The notes under the pieces were generated by a model. The model saw only the letters and a list, made by a program, of their open reading frames with translations. It did no database searches and was not told the DNA's origin. Of a stretch of 64,000 nt of DNA, positions 37,791 to 48,582 are shown one piece after another. Source of the DNA: an uncultured Gemmatimonadota bacterium (GTDB lineage Bacteria > Blakebacterota > Blakebacteria > Blakebacterales > CAYUVJ01); NCBI GenBank assembly GCA_964519015.1, contig CAZFHZ010000006.1:18-64017 (forward strand), in the 5' to 3' direction. The stretch's first letter is position 1. Each line of letters starts with the position of its first letter. Position numbers and translations under genes: made by a program.

Positions 37791-38537
37791 TCACATGTAC
37801 AGTCCACCATCCACCTGGATGGTCTGACCGGTCAGGTAGCCTGCCCGGGGAGAGACCAGGAAGGCGATCACCTCCGCCACATCCTGCGGGGTCCCGGCCC
37901 GTCCGAGAGCGACCTGCCGCAGGTAGGCCGCCTTGACCTCCTCGGGGAGCTGTTCGGTCATCTCGGTCTGGATATAGCCGGGAGCCACGGCCATCACCCG
38001 AACGCCGCGGGAACCGAGTTCCCGCGCGGCGGTCTTGGTCAATCCGACCACCCCGGCCTTGCTGGCTACGTAGTTGGCCTGGCCGGCGTTTCCCATCAGG
38101 CCCACCACCGAGGCCACGTTCACGATCACACCCGATCGCTGCTTCATCATCGGGCGCGAGACCGCTTTGATCCCCAGGAAGGTCCCGGTCAGGTTGACCT
38201 TGAGCACCAGGTCCCAGTCCGTCTGTTTCATGCGCATGATCAGGCCGTCCCGGGTGATGCCGGCATTGTTGACCAGGATGTCGAGCGAGGCGTATTCCTC
38301 CAGCGTGCGCGCCACCGCCTGCTCCCAGGAGGCCTCTTCGGTGACATCGAGGCGGAGGAAGAGCGCGTTGGCCCCTTCCACCCGTAGGTCGGCCGCGGTG
38401 GCCTCCCCCTGCTCCTCGATGACGTCGGCCACCACGACCGTGGCACCGTCGGATGCCAGCCGCCGGGCCGTCAGCGCTCCGATCCCCCGGGCTCCCCCGG
38501 TCACCAGCGCCGTCTTCCCCTCCAGTATGCCGGCCAT
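37791..38537 (-). CDS. fabG: 3-oxoacyl-ACP reductase
   Basis: SDR: TGGARGIGA NAD(P)-binding motif, YxxxK catalytic pair; start at MAGILEGKTALVTG. Confidence 0.9.
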   Translation of the reverse strand: MAGILEGKTALVTGGARGIGALTARRLASDGATVVVADVIEEQGEATAADLRVEGANALFLRLDVTEEASWEQAVARTLEEYASLDILVNNAGITRDGLIMRMKQTDWDLVLKVNLTGTFLGIKAVSRPMMKQRSGVIVNVASVVGLMGNAGQANYVASKAGVVGLTKTAARELGSRGVRVMAVAPGYIQTEMTEQLPEEVKAAYLRQVALGRAGTPQDVAEVIAFLVSPRAGYLTGQTIQVDGGLYM

Positions 38538-38550
38538 CCCGCCTCCTCCT

Positions 38551-39492
38551 TCAGTTTGAGACCGCTTCGACCACGGCTGCGATCTCCTCCGGCTCCCCCG
38601 CGCCCGATGCGACCGCACCGGGCACGCTCCGCTTGAGCAGACCCCGGAGCACACTGCCGGGACCGCTCTCCACCCATCGGGTGGTCCCCATCCGGTCCAG
38701 CTCCTGCATCGATTCCGCCCAGCGGACCGGGTAGACGATTTGCAGACCGAGCAGTTCGCGGATCTCCTCGGGTCGCACGGCCGGTCGCGCCGTCACGTTG
38801 CTCACCACCGGGATGGACGAGGAGCCGACCTCCACCTGGCGGAGCGCCTGGCGTACCGGTTCCACCGCGCTTTCCATGAGCGGGGAGTGGAAGGCGCCGT
38901 GCACCTTGAGGGGGATGACCCGCTTGGCGCCCGCTTCCCGGCAGGCCGCTCCGGCCACCTCCACGGCGGCGCGCTGCCCGCTGATGACGGTCTGGTCGGG
39001 GGCGTTGTAGTTGGCCGGCTGGACGATCCCCGCCTTCCCCGCCCGCCGGCAGGCCGCCCGGACCTCCTCGGAGCCCAGACCCATGACCGCGGACATGGCC
39101 CCCGGGTGGGTCTCGCCGGCCGCCTGCATCGACTCGGCCCGGACCTGCACGACCTTGAGCGCGTCGGTCAGGCTGAGGGCTCCGCCCACCACCAGGGCGG
39201 AGTACTCCCCGAGGCTGTGACCGGCGGCGAAGTCGGGACGCACCCCGGCCGCACCCAGTGCGACGGCCATGGCCACCGAGTGGACCAGGATGGCCGGCTG
39301 GGTGTGGACGGTCTGCAGCAGGATATCCTCGGGACCTTCGAACATGATCCGGCGGAGGTCGTAGCCGAGGGCCTCGCAGGCCTGGTCGAAGACGGCCCGC
39401 ACCTCTCCACTCCCCTCCTCATAGAGGAGATGGCCCATGCCCACCGTCTGGGCACCCTGGCCCGGGAAGAGGAAGGTGATCCTTCGGCTCAT
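38551..39492 (-). CDS. fabD: Malonyl-CoA:ACP transacylase
   Basis: FLFPGQGAQ, GHSLGEYSAL active-site Ser. Confidence 0.95.
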   Translation of the reverse strand: MSRRITFLFPGQGAQTVGMGHLLYEEGSGEVRAVFDQACEALGYDLRRIMFEGPEDILLQTVHTQPAILVHSVAMAVALGAAGVRPDFAAGHSLGEYSALVVGGALSLTDALKVVQVRAESMQAAGETHPGAMSAVMGLGSEEVRAACRRAGKAGIVQPANYNAPDQTVISGQRAAVEVAGAACREAGAKRVIPLKVHGAFHSPLMESAVEPVRQALRQVEVGSSSIPVVSNVTARPAVRPEEIRELLGLQIVYPVRWAESMQELDRMGTTRWVESGPGSVLRGLLKRSVPGAVASGAGEPEEIAAVVEAVSN

Positions 39493-39536
39493 CGTTCGAC
39501 CACCGGTTGAGGGTCGTGGTTACGGCATCCGCCTTT

Positions 39537-40544
39537 TCAGAGGCGGACGATCAGGGAACCCCAGGTGAAGCCGGCCCCGAAGGCGACCAGCAGGACGGTG
39601 CTTCCCTCCGGGGCGCGCCCCAGCTTTCGGGCCTCGTCGAGGGCGATCGGGATGGAGGCCGCCGAGGTGTTCCCATATTCCTGGACGTTGATGTACACCC
39701 GCTCGGGAGGGAGGGCCAGACGCTGGGCGGTCGCATCGATGATGCGGATGTTGGCCTGGTGGGGGATCAACAGGTCGATCCGGTCCGCTCCCAGCCCGGC
39801 CAGTTCCAGTGCCTTCTCGGCCGAGAAGGTCATGGCCCGGACCGCCGATTTGAAGACCTCGGAGCCTTCCATATAGAGGTAATGCTGACGGTTCTCCACC
39901 GTCTGGTGCGAGGCGGGCAGCCGCGAGCCGCCGGCCGGCAGTTTGAGCAGGCGTCCCAGGCTCCCGTCGGCCCCGACGTAGGCGGCCAGCACGCCGCGCT
40001 CCCCGTCTCCCGGTCCGTAGATGGCCGCCCCCGCCCCATCCCCGAAGAGCACACAGGTGCTCCGGTCCTGCCAGTCGGCAAACCGGGTCAGCGTCTCGGC
40101 GCCGATCACTCCCACGATCCGGAACTGCCCGGCGGCGATCAGGCTGTTGGCCAGCATGGAAGCGTAGATGAACCCCGCACAGGCCGCCGAGACGTCGAAG
40201 ACGGGGATCTTGGGCAGTCCCAGCCGGTCTTGCATCACGCAGGCGGTGCTGGGGAAGAGCATGTCGGGCGTGGCGGTGGCCACGATGACGGCGTCCAGGT
40301 CCGCCTGCCCCAGTCCGGCGTCGGCCAGGGCAGCCTTGAGGGCGGCGGCGGCCAGGTCGCTGGTCGCCTGGTCGTCGGCGATGATGTGGCGCCGCTTGAT
40401 ACCGGTGCGGGTGGTGATCCACTCGTCCGAGGTCTCCACCATGCGTTCCAGATCCTGGTTGGTGAGGATCTGCTCGGGCGCGTAGTGCCCCGTCCCCAGG
40501 ATCCGGCTGGCTCCCCGGGTCCGGTCAGTGAAGGTGGGCGGCAT
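39537..40544 (-). CDS. fabH: 3-oxoacyl-ACP synthase III
   Basis: KAS III: active-site Cys in AACAGFIYA; typical length of 335 aa. Confidence 0.95.
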   Translation of the reverse strand: MPPTFTDRTRGASRILGTGHYAPEQILTNQDLERMVETSDEWITTRTGIKRRHIIADDQATSDLAAAALKAALADAGLGQADLDAVIVATATPDMLFPSTACVMQDRLGLPKIPVFDVSAACAGFIYASMLANSLIAAGQFRIVGVIGAETLTRFADWQDRSTCVLFGDGAGAAIYGPGDGERGVLAAYVGADGSLGRLLKLPAGGSRLPASHQTVENRQHYLYMEGSEVFKSAVRAMTFSAEKALELAGLGADRIDLLIPHQANIRIIDATAQRLALPPERVYINVQEYGNTSAASIPIALDEARKLGRAPEGSTVLLVAFGAGFTWGSLIVRL

Positions 40545-41550
40545 GGATCGCTTCCAATCGGGCTTTGATGTGTCCGTTCAGGCCCTCCCGGACCATGCGC
40601 ACGGCGACCTGGATGGCATTGCGGATCGCCTTGGCAGAGGAGCCTCCGTGGCAGATGATGACGACCCCGTCGATCCCCAGCAGCGGGGCGCCGCCGAACT
40701 CCTCGTAGTCCAGGTCCTTCTTGAGTCGCTGGAAGACCGGTGCCATGAGGAGGGCGCCCACCCAAGCCAGGGGGCTGCGGGCCAGTCCCCGTTTGATCCC
40801 GGCGGTCATGAAGCTGACGACTCCCTCGGCGAACTTCAGCAGGATGTTGCCGGTGAAACCGTCGCAGACGGCGACGTTGACATCCCCTCTCAGGATATCG
40901 CGTCCCTGGATGTTGCCGACGAATTCGAGTCCCGACTCCATCAGGAGACGGTGCCCCTCCACGACGGTGTCGGTCCCTTTCCCGCTCTCCTCGCCGATGG
41001 AGACCAGTCCCACCCGGGGCCGCTCGATCCCGAAGACATACTCGGCATAGAGACTGCCCATGATACCGAACTCCACCAGGTTGCCGGGCCGGCAGTCGGG
41101 ATTCGCCCCCACATCCAGGAGCAGGGTCGTACCCGCTTCCGAGGGGAAGACGGTGGCGATGGCGGGACGGGACACACCGGCGAGCCGGCCGAGGGTGAAG
41201 AGGGCCGAACCCATCACCGCACCCGTATTGCCGGCCGAGACCACGGCCTGCACCTCGCCGGCCCGATGCCGGCGCATGGCGACCGCGATGGAGGAGTCCT
41301 TCTTGCGCCGCACGGCTGCGGCCGGTGCCTCATCCATGGCGATGGTCTCGGAGGCGTGCACGATCGAGATGGGGAGGCCGTGGATCATCCGATCGAAGTG
41401 CTCCCGCAGGAGCGGCTCATCGCCGACCAGCACGATCTCGTAGCGGCCCGCACCCGCCGCCGCGGCCTCCACGGCGCCGGCCACGATTCGCTCAGGGGCA
41501 TGGTCCCCCCCCATCGCATCGACCGCTATTCGGATCTTGCCGTCGGACAC
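40525..41550 (-). CDS. plsX: Phosphate acyltransferase PlsX
   Basis: IAVDAMGGDHAPE N-terminus typical of PlsX; 341 aa. Confidence 0.9.
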   Translation of the reverse strand: MSDGKIRIAVDAMGGDHAPERIVAGAVEAAAAGAGRYEIVLVGDEPLLREHFDRMIHGLPISIVHASETIAMDEAPAAAVRRKKDSSIAVAMRRHRAGEVQAVVSAGNTGAVMGSALFTLGRLAGVSRPAIATVFPSEAGTTLLLDVGANPDCRPGNLVEFGIMGSLYAEYVFGIERPRVGLVSIGEESGKGTDTVVEGHRLLMESGLEFVGNIQGRDILRGDVNVAVCDGFTGNILLKFAEGVVSFMTAGIKRGLARSPLAWVGALLMAPVFQRLKKDLDYEEFGGAPLLGIDGVVIICHGGSSAKAIRNAIQVAVRMVREGLNGHIKARLEAIHAAHLH

Positions 41551-41562
41551 GGGTCTTGAGGA

Positions 41563-41745
41563 TCAGACCTCGCGGGGGAAGATCACCTGCCGGCCGCGGT
41601 AGTACCCGCAGTTGGGGCAGGCGCGATGGGCCAGCTTGGGCTGGCCGCAGTGATCGCAGGTGGCCAGGGACGGCGCTGCGAGAGCGTGGTGACTGCGCCG
41701 CTTCTTCTTGCGCGTCAGCGACGTCTTCCTCTTGGGGACGGCCAT
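41563..41745 (-). CDS. rpmF: 50S ribosomal protein L32
   Basis: MAVPKRKTSLTRKKKRRSH...CxxCG...CxxCG; 60 aa from the internal Met. Confidence 0.9.
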   Translation of the reverse strand: MAVPKRKTSLTRKKKRRSHHALAAPSLATCDHCGQPKLAHRACPNCGYYRGRQVIFPREV

Positions 41746-41750
41746 GGGTC

Positions 41751-42287
41751 CTACTCCTTCGGGCTGTCGTCGAGCAGGGGACGCAGCACGGCCCAGCGGG
41801 GATCGTCCGCCCGGTGGCTGCATGAACAGCTCGACACGTTCAAGTTCTCGCCGCAGGTCGGACAGAGACCCCGGCAGTCCGGGCGGCAGAGCGGTTTGAT
41901 CGGCACGCTCAGGATCAGGGCTTCACGCACCGGAGCGTCGAAGGCGATCCAGTCCTCCCCGACAAAGGGAGCCGTCTCGTCTTCGTCTTCCATTCGGAGA
42001 CCGCCTGGTCCCGACCTCAGGACCAGGTCGAGTTCCGTCTCGATCCCGCTCTCAAAGGGCTCCAGGCAACGCCCGCATTCCTGCTGTGAAGTGGCCCGGA
42101 CCACCCCCTGCGCCCGGATCAGGGTCCCGGTGATGGTGAGGGCCAGTTCGAGTCCGACCTCCCCGTCGACCCGCAACAGATCCTCGGGCAGCTCCAGGGA
42201 GGCTCCGGTGGCGGTCAGGGTTCGTTCGTGACGGCCCTCCCCCAGGCCCCGCAGGTCGATCGAGAAAGGCCGGTCCAGCGCCGCCAT
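41751..42287 (-). CDS. yceD: YceD/DUF177-family protein (large-subunit rRNA accumulation protein)
   Basis: Conserved position upstream of rpmF-plsX; C-terminal CxxC...CxxC cluster (CRPDCRGLCPTCG). Confidence 0.8.
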   Translation of the reverse strand: MAALDRPFSIDLRGLGEGRHERTLTATGASLELPEDLLRVDGEVGLELALTITGTLIRAQGVVRATSQQECGRCLEPFESGIETELDLVLRSGPGGLRMEDEDETAPFVGEDWIAFDAPVREALILSVPIKPLCRPDCRGLCPTCGENLNVSSCSCSHRADDPRWAVLRPLLDDSPKE

Positions 42288-42359
42288 GGCTCCCCTCCGG
42301 ACGACAGAACCTCTCAATATAGGTGACCACCCGGCCCCGTCAACCGCACCATCCCGACG

Positions 42360-42791
42360 TCAGAGTCCCGCTCCCAACCCGGCCAGCTCCCGCTCGGTAA
42401 AGAAGAAGAGCACTTCCCGCTTCCCGTTCTCGACCGAATCGGACCCGTGGACCGTGTTCACCCCCACGTCCTGCCCGTAGAGGGCCCGGATGGTGCCTGC
42501 TTCCGCCTTGGTCGGGTCGGTGGCCCCGATCACCCGCCGCAGGTGGGCCACCGCGTCTTCGCGCTCCAGCGCGGTCGCCAGGATCGGTCCCCCGGTCATG
42601 TAGATGACCAGTTCCTCGAAGAAGGAACGGCCGGCGTGGACCGCGTAGAAGGCCTCGGCCTCAGTCCGGGTCAGCCGGAGCAGGCGCAGACCGCGGACCT
42701 TGAAACCTTCCTGTTCGATCCGGGTCAGGATGTCGCCGACGTGCCCGTTCGCCACCCCGTCGGGCTTGATGAGCATGCAGGTGAGTTCCAT
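42360..42791 (-). CDS. ndk: Nucleoside diphosphate kinase
   Basis: MELTCMLIKPDGV...NTVHGSDS active-site His; 143 aa. Confidence 0.95.
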   Translation of the reverse strand: MELTCMLIKPDGVANGHVGDILTRIEQEGFKVRGLRLLRLTRTEAEAFYAVHAGRSFFEELVIYMTGGPILATALEREDAVAHLRRVIGATDPTKAEAGTIRALYGQDVGVNTVHGSDSVENGKREVLFFFTERELAGLGAGL

Positions 42792-42805
42792 TCCCCTCCC
42801 CGATC

Positions 42806-42841
42806 CTAGTGTCCCGAGTCAGAATTTCGCATCAATTCGTT
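42806..42841 (-). promoter_or_regulatory. Conserved AT-rich ~36-nt intergenic element, copy 2 (between sucD and ndk)
   Basis: CTAGTGTCCCGAGTCAGAATTTCGCATCAATTCGTT on + strand; abuts the sucD stop and ends 14 nt upstream of the ndk ATG; contains GAATT-N7-AATTC inverted repeat. Confidence 0.5.
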
Positions 42842-43710
42842 TATGCCAGAGCCTGGGCGACGGTGCGTCCGATCTCGGCCGGGCTGATGCAGACATGCAC
42901 CCCGGCCTCCTTCAGGGCGGTCATCTTCTCGGCCGCGGTCCCGCCGCCGCCGCTGATGATGGCACCGGCATGCCCCATACGGCGTCCCGGCGGCGCGGTC
43001 TGCCCGGCGATAAAGGAGACGACCGGCTTGTCGAGATGCTCCGCGATCCAGGCGGCCGCCTCCTGCTCGGCGTTGCCGCCGATCTCGCCGATGAGGACCA
43101 CGGCGTCGGTCCCCCCATCCTCAGCGAAGAGCTCGAGCAGGTCGGTGAAGGTGGAACCGATGACCGGGTCCCCGCCGATTCCCACTGCGGTGGATTGCCC
43201 CAGTCCGACCGCTCCGAGCTGTCCGACCGCTTCGTAGGTGAGGGTCCCGCTGCGGCTCAGGATCCCCACCCGGCCGGGCCGGTGGATGAAGCCGGGCATG
43301 ATGCCGACCTTGGCCTCCCCCGGTGTGATCACACCGGGACAGTTGGGGCCAACCAGCCGCGCCCCCTTCTCCTGCACCACCTTCTTGGCCCGGGCCATGT
43401 CGAGGGCCGGGATCCCTTCGGTGATGCAGACGATGAGCGACAGGCCGGCCTCGGCCGCCTCCATGATGCCGTCGGCGGCGAAGGCCGGAGGTACGAAGAT
43501 CACGCTCGCATCGGCCCCGGTCTGCGCGACGGCCTCGCGGACGGTGTCGAAGACCGGCACGCCGAGGTGTTCCATCCCTCCCTTGCCGGGCGTGACCCCC
43601 CCTACGACCTTCGTGCCGTAGGCGATCATCTGCTCGGTGTGGAAGGTCCCCTCCCCCACCGTGATGCCCTGAACGAGGAGCCGGGTGTCCTTGTTGACCA
43701 GGAAGCTCAT
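42841..43710 (-). CDS. sucD: Succinyl-CoA synthetase alpha subunit
   Basis: CoA-binding and catalytic His region; [18 protein letters not shown]-type N-terminus. Confidence 0.95.
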   Translation of the reverse strand: MSFLVNKDTRLLVQGITVGEGTFHTEQMIAYGTKVVGGVTPGKGGMEHLGVPVFDTVREAVAQTGADASVIFVPPAFAADGIMEAAEAGLSLIVCITEGIPALDMARAKKVVQEKGARLVGPNCPGVITPGEAKVGIMPGFIHRPGRVGILSRSGTLTYEAVGQLGAVGLGQSTAVGIGGDPVIGSTFTDLLELFAEDGGTDAVVLIGEIGGNAEQEAAAWIAEHLDKPVVSFIAGQTAPPGRRMGHAGAIISGGGGTAAEKMTALKEAGVHVCISPAEIGRTVAQALA

Positions 43711-43720
43711 GGCTGGGCTC

Positions 43721-44884
<1,164 letters not shown>

Positions 44885-44912
44885 GGCTGCGTCCCTTTCC
44901 GGGTTGTATGGG

Positions 44913-45479
44913 TCAGCGTCGGAAGAACCGCGGGCGTTCCTCTCCCCGTACGGGCTTCTCGAGGGCCGGTGTCTGGTTGGAGAGGGGCTGCGGCGGATCG
45001 GGTTCCGACATGAAGATCTCGTCCAGCGATTCAAGCGCGTTGAAGGAGTCCGCCTCCTTGATCAGGTCGAAACCGATCCGGTCCTGGAAGGCGATGACCT
45101 CCACCCGCTTCCCCAGGTTCTGGACCGCCCGGACCAGCCGGACGAAGTCGGAGTCCCCGGAGGCGAGCACGATGACGTCCAGGTTCTCCGCCTGGGTTAA
45201 CATGTCCACGGCCAGCTCCATGTCCATGTTGGCCTTCACCCGCCCGTCGGAGGAGCGGGTCCATTCCTTCTCGATCACCTTGAATCCGATGTCGCGCAGG
45301 GCGCTGATGAAGCCCTTCACCGGCTTCGGGTTGTCGGGGTCCACGGTGACGTAGGCGTTGCTGCGCAGCAGCTCGCGCCCCCCGGAGACGTACTCCTTCA
45401 GGACCCGGTAATTGATCGACGGGCCATCCTTGCGATAGAGATTGGCCGCGTCCACATAGAGCCCGGCTTTCAGTGGCAT
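44913..45479 (-). CDS. NYN-domain (LabA/DUF88-like) protein
   Basis: MPLKAGLYVDAANLY...VIVLASGDSDF NYN/LabA motifs; 3' end overlaps sucC start by ~30 nt. Confidence 0.7.
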   Translation of the reverse strand: MPLKAGLYVDAANLYRKDGPSINYRVLKEYVSGGRELLRSNAYVTVDPDNPKPVKGFISALRDIGFKVIEKEWTRSSDGRVKANMDMELAVDMLTQAENLDVIVLASGDSDFVRLVRAVQNLGKRVEVIAFQDRIGFDLIKEADSFNALESLDEIFMSEPDPPQPLSNQTPALEKPVRGEERPRFFRR

Positions 45480-45576
45480 TGTCTGGATCCTCCCGTCGGC
45501 CCCCTGATCGTGATAGCGAGGGCCCATACGGCCCGTCTCAACCGGCGGCCTGGGAGCCACCTCCTGGTCGACGGAC

Positions 45577-46527
45577 CTAGCCTTCGATAAGGGTGCCGCT
45601 GCGGCGGGCCAGGATCTCCGCCGCCTGGTCGAGCAGGCCAATGTAGACCCGTTCCCCGCCGTGTTCCAGGAAACGGATGGCCGCCTCGATCTTGGGCCCC
45701 ATGCTGCCGGCGGGGAAGTGCCCCTCCGACAGGTACCGGCGCGCCTCTTCCAGGGTCATCCGGGAGAGATCGCGCTGCTGCGGCGTGTCGTAGTACAGCG
45801 AGACGTGCGGCACGCTGGTCAGGATCAGGAACTCGCTCGCGCCGATACCGTTGGCCAGCACGGCCGAAGCGCGGTCTTTGTCGATCACCCCGTCCACCCC
45901 GGTGAGGTGACCCCGCTCGTCGCGCAGGACCGGCACCCCGCCGCCGCCGGCGGCGATCACCACCATCCCGGCTTCGAGCAGGCGGCGCACCACGTCCGCC
46001 TCCACCAGTTCGGTCACCCGGGGGGAGGCGACCACCCGACGCCACCCCCGGTTGCTGTCCTTCTTGACCGTCCAGCCGCGTTCCCCGGCCAGGGTGTGCG
46101 CTTCCTCCGCGGTGTAGAAGGGACCGACGAACTTGGTCGGGTCGTTGAGCGAGGGGTCGCCGGGGTCCACCACCATCTGGCTCAGGACCGTGGTGACGGT
46201 CCGGGCCGCCCCGCGGTCGATCAGCAGGCCGCGCAGGACCTGTTGGATCATGTAGCCCATTCCCCCCTGCAGATCGGCCACGATGATCGGCAAGGGGAGG
46301 AAGGGGACCTCGTGGCTGGTGTGCTCGACCCGGATCAGGTAGTTCCCGACCTGGGGACCGTTCCCGTGGGTGAGCACGACCCGGCGCCCGGCCGCGATCA
46401 GGTCGGCGATGGGCGCCAGGCTGGCCAGCGTGTTCTCGAACTGCTCGGGGATCGTCCCGGTGTCCTGCTCCCGGGTGATGGCGTTCCCCCCCAGGGCGAC
46501 CACCAGGATGCCGTCGCGGTCTCCCAT
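45577..46527 (-). CDS. arcC: Carbamate kinase (amino-acid-kinase family)
   Basis: VVALGGNA, VVLTHGNGPQVG, full-length 316 aa matching carbamate kinase; no arcA/arcB/arcD nearby. Confidence 0.8.
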   Translation of the reverse strand: MGDRDGILVVALGGNAITREQDTGTIPEQFENTLASLAPIADLIAAGRRVVLTHGNGPQVGNYLIRVEHTSHEVPFLPLPIIVADLQGGMGYMIQQVLRGLLIDRGAARTVTTVLSQMVVDPGDPSLNDPTKFVGPFYTAEEAHTLAGERGWTVKKDSNRGWRRVVASPRVTELVEADVVRRLLEAGMVVIAAGGGGVPVLRDERGHLTGVDGVIDKDRASAVLANGIGASEFLILTSVPHVSLYYDTPQQRDLSRMTLEEARRYLSEGHFPAGSMGPKIEAAIRFLEHGGERVYIGLLDQAAEILARRSGTLIEG

Positions 46528-46528
46528 C

Positions 46529-47899
46529 TCAGAGCCCCGGTACCCGCTTGAGGACCTCGGGCAGGTCGGGGGTGCCGACCTCCTGCAATTCGTAGGTCAC
46601 CCGAACGCTCGGCTGACCGATCTTGATCACCCGGCGCAGGTCGATCGGGGTACCGATGATGACCGCCTCGGCGTCGGAGGCGGCGATGGTCGCCTCCAGA
46701 TCCTTCATCTGCTCGTGACCGTAGCCCATGGCGGGCAGCAGGATGCCGATCTCCGGGTACTTCTCGAACGTCTCGGCGATGCTCCCCTGGGCGAAGGGGC
46801 GCGGGTCGACCAATTCGGAGGCGCCGTAGCGGTCGGCCGCCACCACCCCGGCGCCGTACTTCATGCCGCCGTGGGTGAGGGTCGGGCCGTCCTCGATCAC
46901 CAGCACCCGGCGGCCCTCGATCACCGCCGGGTCCTCCACATAGATCGGGGAGGCGGCGTCGATGATGACCGCCCGCGGATTGACCCTCTTGATGTTATTC
47001 CTCACCTTCTCGGTGTCGGCGTAGTCGGCCGTGGTCTCCTTGTTGATGATGACCACGTCGGCCATCTTCAGATTCGTCTCCCCCGGGTAGTAGGTCAGCT
47101 CGTGGCCGGGCCGGTGGGGATCGGCCACCACGATGTGCAGGTCGGGCTTGTAGAAGGGCGTGTCGTTGTTGCCGCCGTCCCAGAGGATGACGTCGGCCTC
47201 GCGCTGCGCCTCCTCCAGGATCCGGTGGTAGTCCACACCGGCGTAGACCACGATGCCGTTCACGATGTGGGGCTCGTACTCCTCCATCTCCTCGATCGTG
47301 CAGTCGTGGCGGGTGAGGTCTTCCAGCGACTCGAAACGCTGGACCGCCTGTTTGACCAGGTCGCCGTAGGGCATGGGGTGGCGGATCGCCACCACCTTCT
47401 TGCCGGCAGCCTGGAGCAGCTTGGCCACCCGGCGGGTGGTCTGGCTCTTGCCGCAACCGGTCCGGACCGCGCAGACGGCCACCACCGGGACCTTGGCCGG
47501 GAGCATCGTGCCGGCGGTGCCGAGCAGGACGAAGTCGGCCCCGGCGGCGTTGACGGTCGCAGCCAGGTGCCCGACGTATTCGTGGGAGATGTCGCTGTAG
47601 GAGAGGATGACCTGGTCGATCCGCTCCCGGGTGATGATCGCGGTGAGTTCCTCCTCGGGGAGGATGGGGATGCCCTCGGGGTAAAGGGGTCCGGCCAGCT
47701 GGGGCGGGTAGCGCCGCCCTTCAATGTCGGGGATCTGGGTGGCGGTGAAGGCCACTACTTCAGAGTCCTTATCGTCGCGGTAGACACAGTTGAAGTTGTG
47801 GAAATCCCGGCCGGCGGCTCCCAGGATGACCACACGCTTGCGCGCTGCCACGGGGATACCCTCCTGACGCTTCGCCTGGTTTCGGATGGGCGATGGCAC
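46529..47899 (-). CDS. P-loop protein of the cyclic 2,3-diphosphoglycerate synthetase (cDPGS) family
   Basis: 456 aa; P-loop VCAVRTGCGKSQTT; overall length and architecture recalled as cDPGS-like (from memory, not searched); stop adjoins the carbamate kinase start. Confidence 0.5.
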   Translation of the reverse strand: MPSPIRNQAKRQEGIPVAARKRVVILGAAGRDFHNFNCVYRDDKDSEVVAFTATQIPDIEGRRYPPQLAGPLYPEGIPILPEEELTAIITRERIDQVILSYSDISHEYVGHLAATVNAAGADFVLLGTAGTMLPAKVPVVAVCAVRTGCGKSQTTRRVAKLLQAAGKKVVAIRHPMPYGDLVKQAVQRFESLEDLTRHDCTIEEMEEYEPHIVNGIVVYAGVDYHRILEEAQREADVILWDGGNNDTPFYKPDLHIVVADPHRPGHELTYYPGETNLKMADVVIINKETTADYADTEKVRNNIKRVNPRAVIIDAASPIYVEDPAVIEGRRVLVIEDGPTLTHGGMKYGAGVVAADRYGASELVDPRPFAQGSIAETFEKYPEIGILLPAMGYGHEQMKDLEATIAASDAEAVIIGTPIDLRRVIKIGQPSVRVTYELQEVGTPDLPEVLKRVPGL

Positions 47900-48108
47900 A
47901 GTGGTGTTGCCCAGGGCGCTGATGCCGAAGGCGGGTTCCGATAGGGCAGGAAGTCGTCGCTTCCGCCCGCCGGTCTCACGAACCGGCGATGCTCCCTCTC
48001 CAGGTACCAGGGGGAGCTATAGATATCCCTAAACTAGGCTCCCGGGGGCGGCCGGTCAACCCCCCGGTCGGAATACCTAACTCGTTGCGTGATGACGGGA
48101 TGGCCCGC

Positions 48109-48582
48109 TCAGCGGGTCACCTTGAGGATGCGGTAACGGACCGCGCCGGCGGGGATGTTGATGGCGACCTCCTCCCCCGGCTTGCGGCCGAGCAGCCCGC
48201 TGCCGATCGGGCTCTCCACACTCAGCTTGCCGCGACGGGGGTCGGCCTCCGGCGGGGCCACCAGCAGGTAGACCTCCTCGGAGCCGTCCTCCAGGTCCTG
48301 GAGCGTGACGGTGGCGCCCAGGTAGCAAGCGCCCTCCGGGATGTCGGCGTCCTCGAGGGGGCGGGCGGTGGCCAGGGTCTGCTCGAGCTTGATGATGCGG
48401 CGCTCCAGGTGCTGCTGTTCCTCCTTGGCCACGTCGTACTCGGCGTTCTCGGCCAGGTCGCCGTGCCCGCGGGCGGTCTGGATCGCCTGGCTGGCCTCCG
48501 GCCGGCGCACGAACTTAAGGTGATGGAGCTCCTGCTGCAGCGCCTCGATGGCTTCCTTGCTCAGGTAGTGCGTTTTCGTCAT
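48109..48582 (-). CDS. greA: Transcription elongation factor GreA
   Basis: MTKTHYLSKEAIEALQQELHHLK...GDLAENAEYD (acidic finger) and C-terminal FKBP-like domain; start at internal Met. Confidence 0.9.
   Translation of the reverse strand: MTKTHYLSKEAIEALQQELHHLKFVRRPEASQAIQTARGHGDLAENAEYDVAKEEQQHLERRIIKLEQTLATARPLEDADIPEGACYLGATVTLQDLEDGSEEVYLLVAPPEADPRRGKLSVESPIGSGLLGRKPGEEVAINIPAGAVRYRILKVTR

Noticed and set aside
48040-48066. Hairpin CCGGGGG-N11-CCCCCGG plus GGGAGC-N20-GCTCCC downstream of greA as an intrinsic terminator
   Set aside because: GC-rich stems are present but there is no U-tract on the greA (minus) strand, so it is not listed as a terminator. It may still act as an RNA stability element or an upstream element for the cDPGS-carbamate kinase operon.
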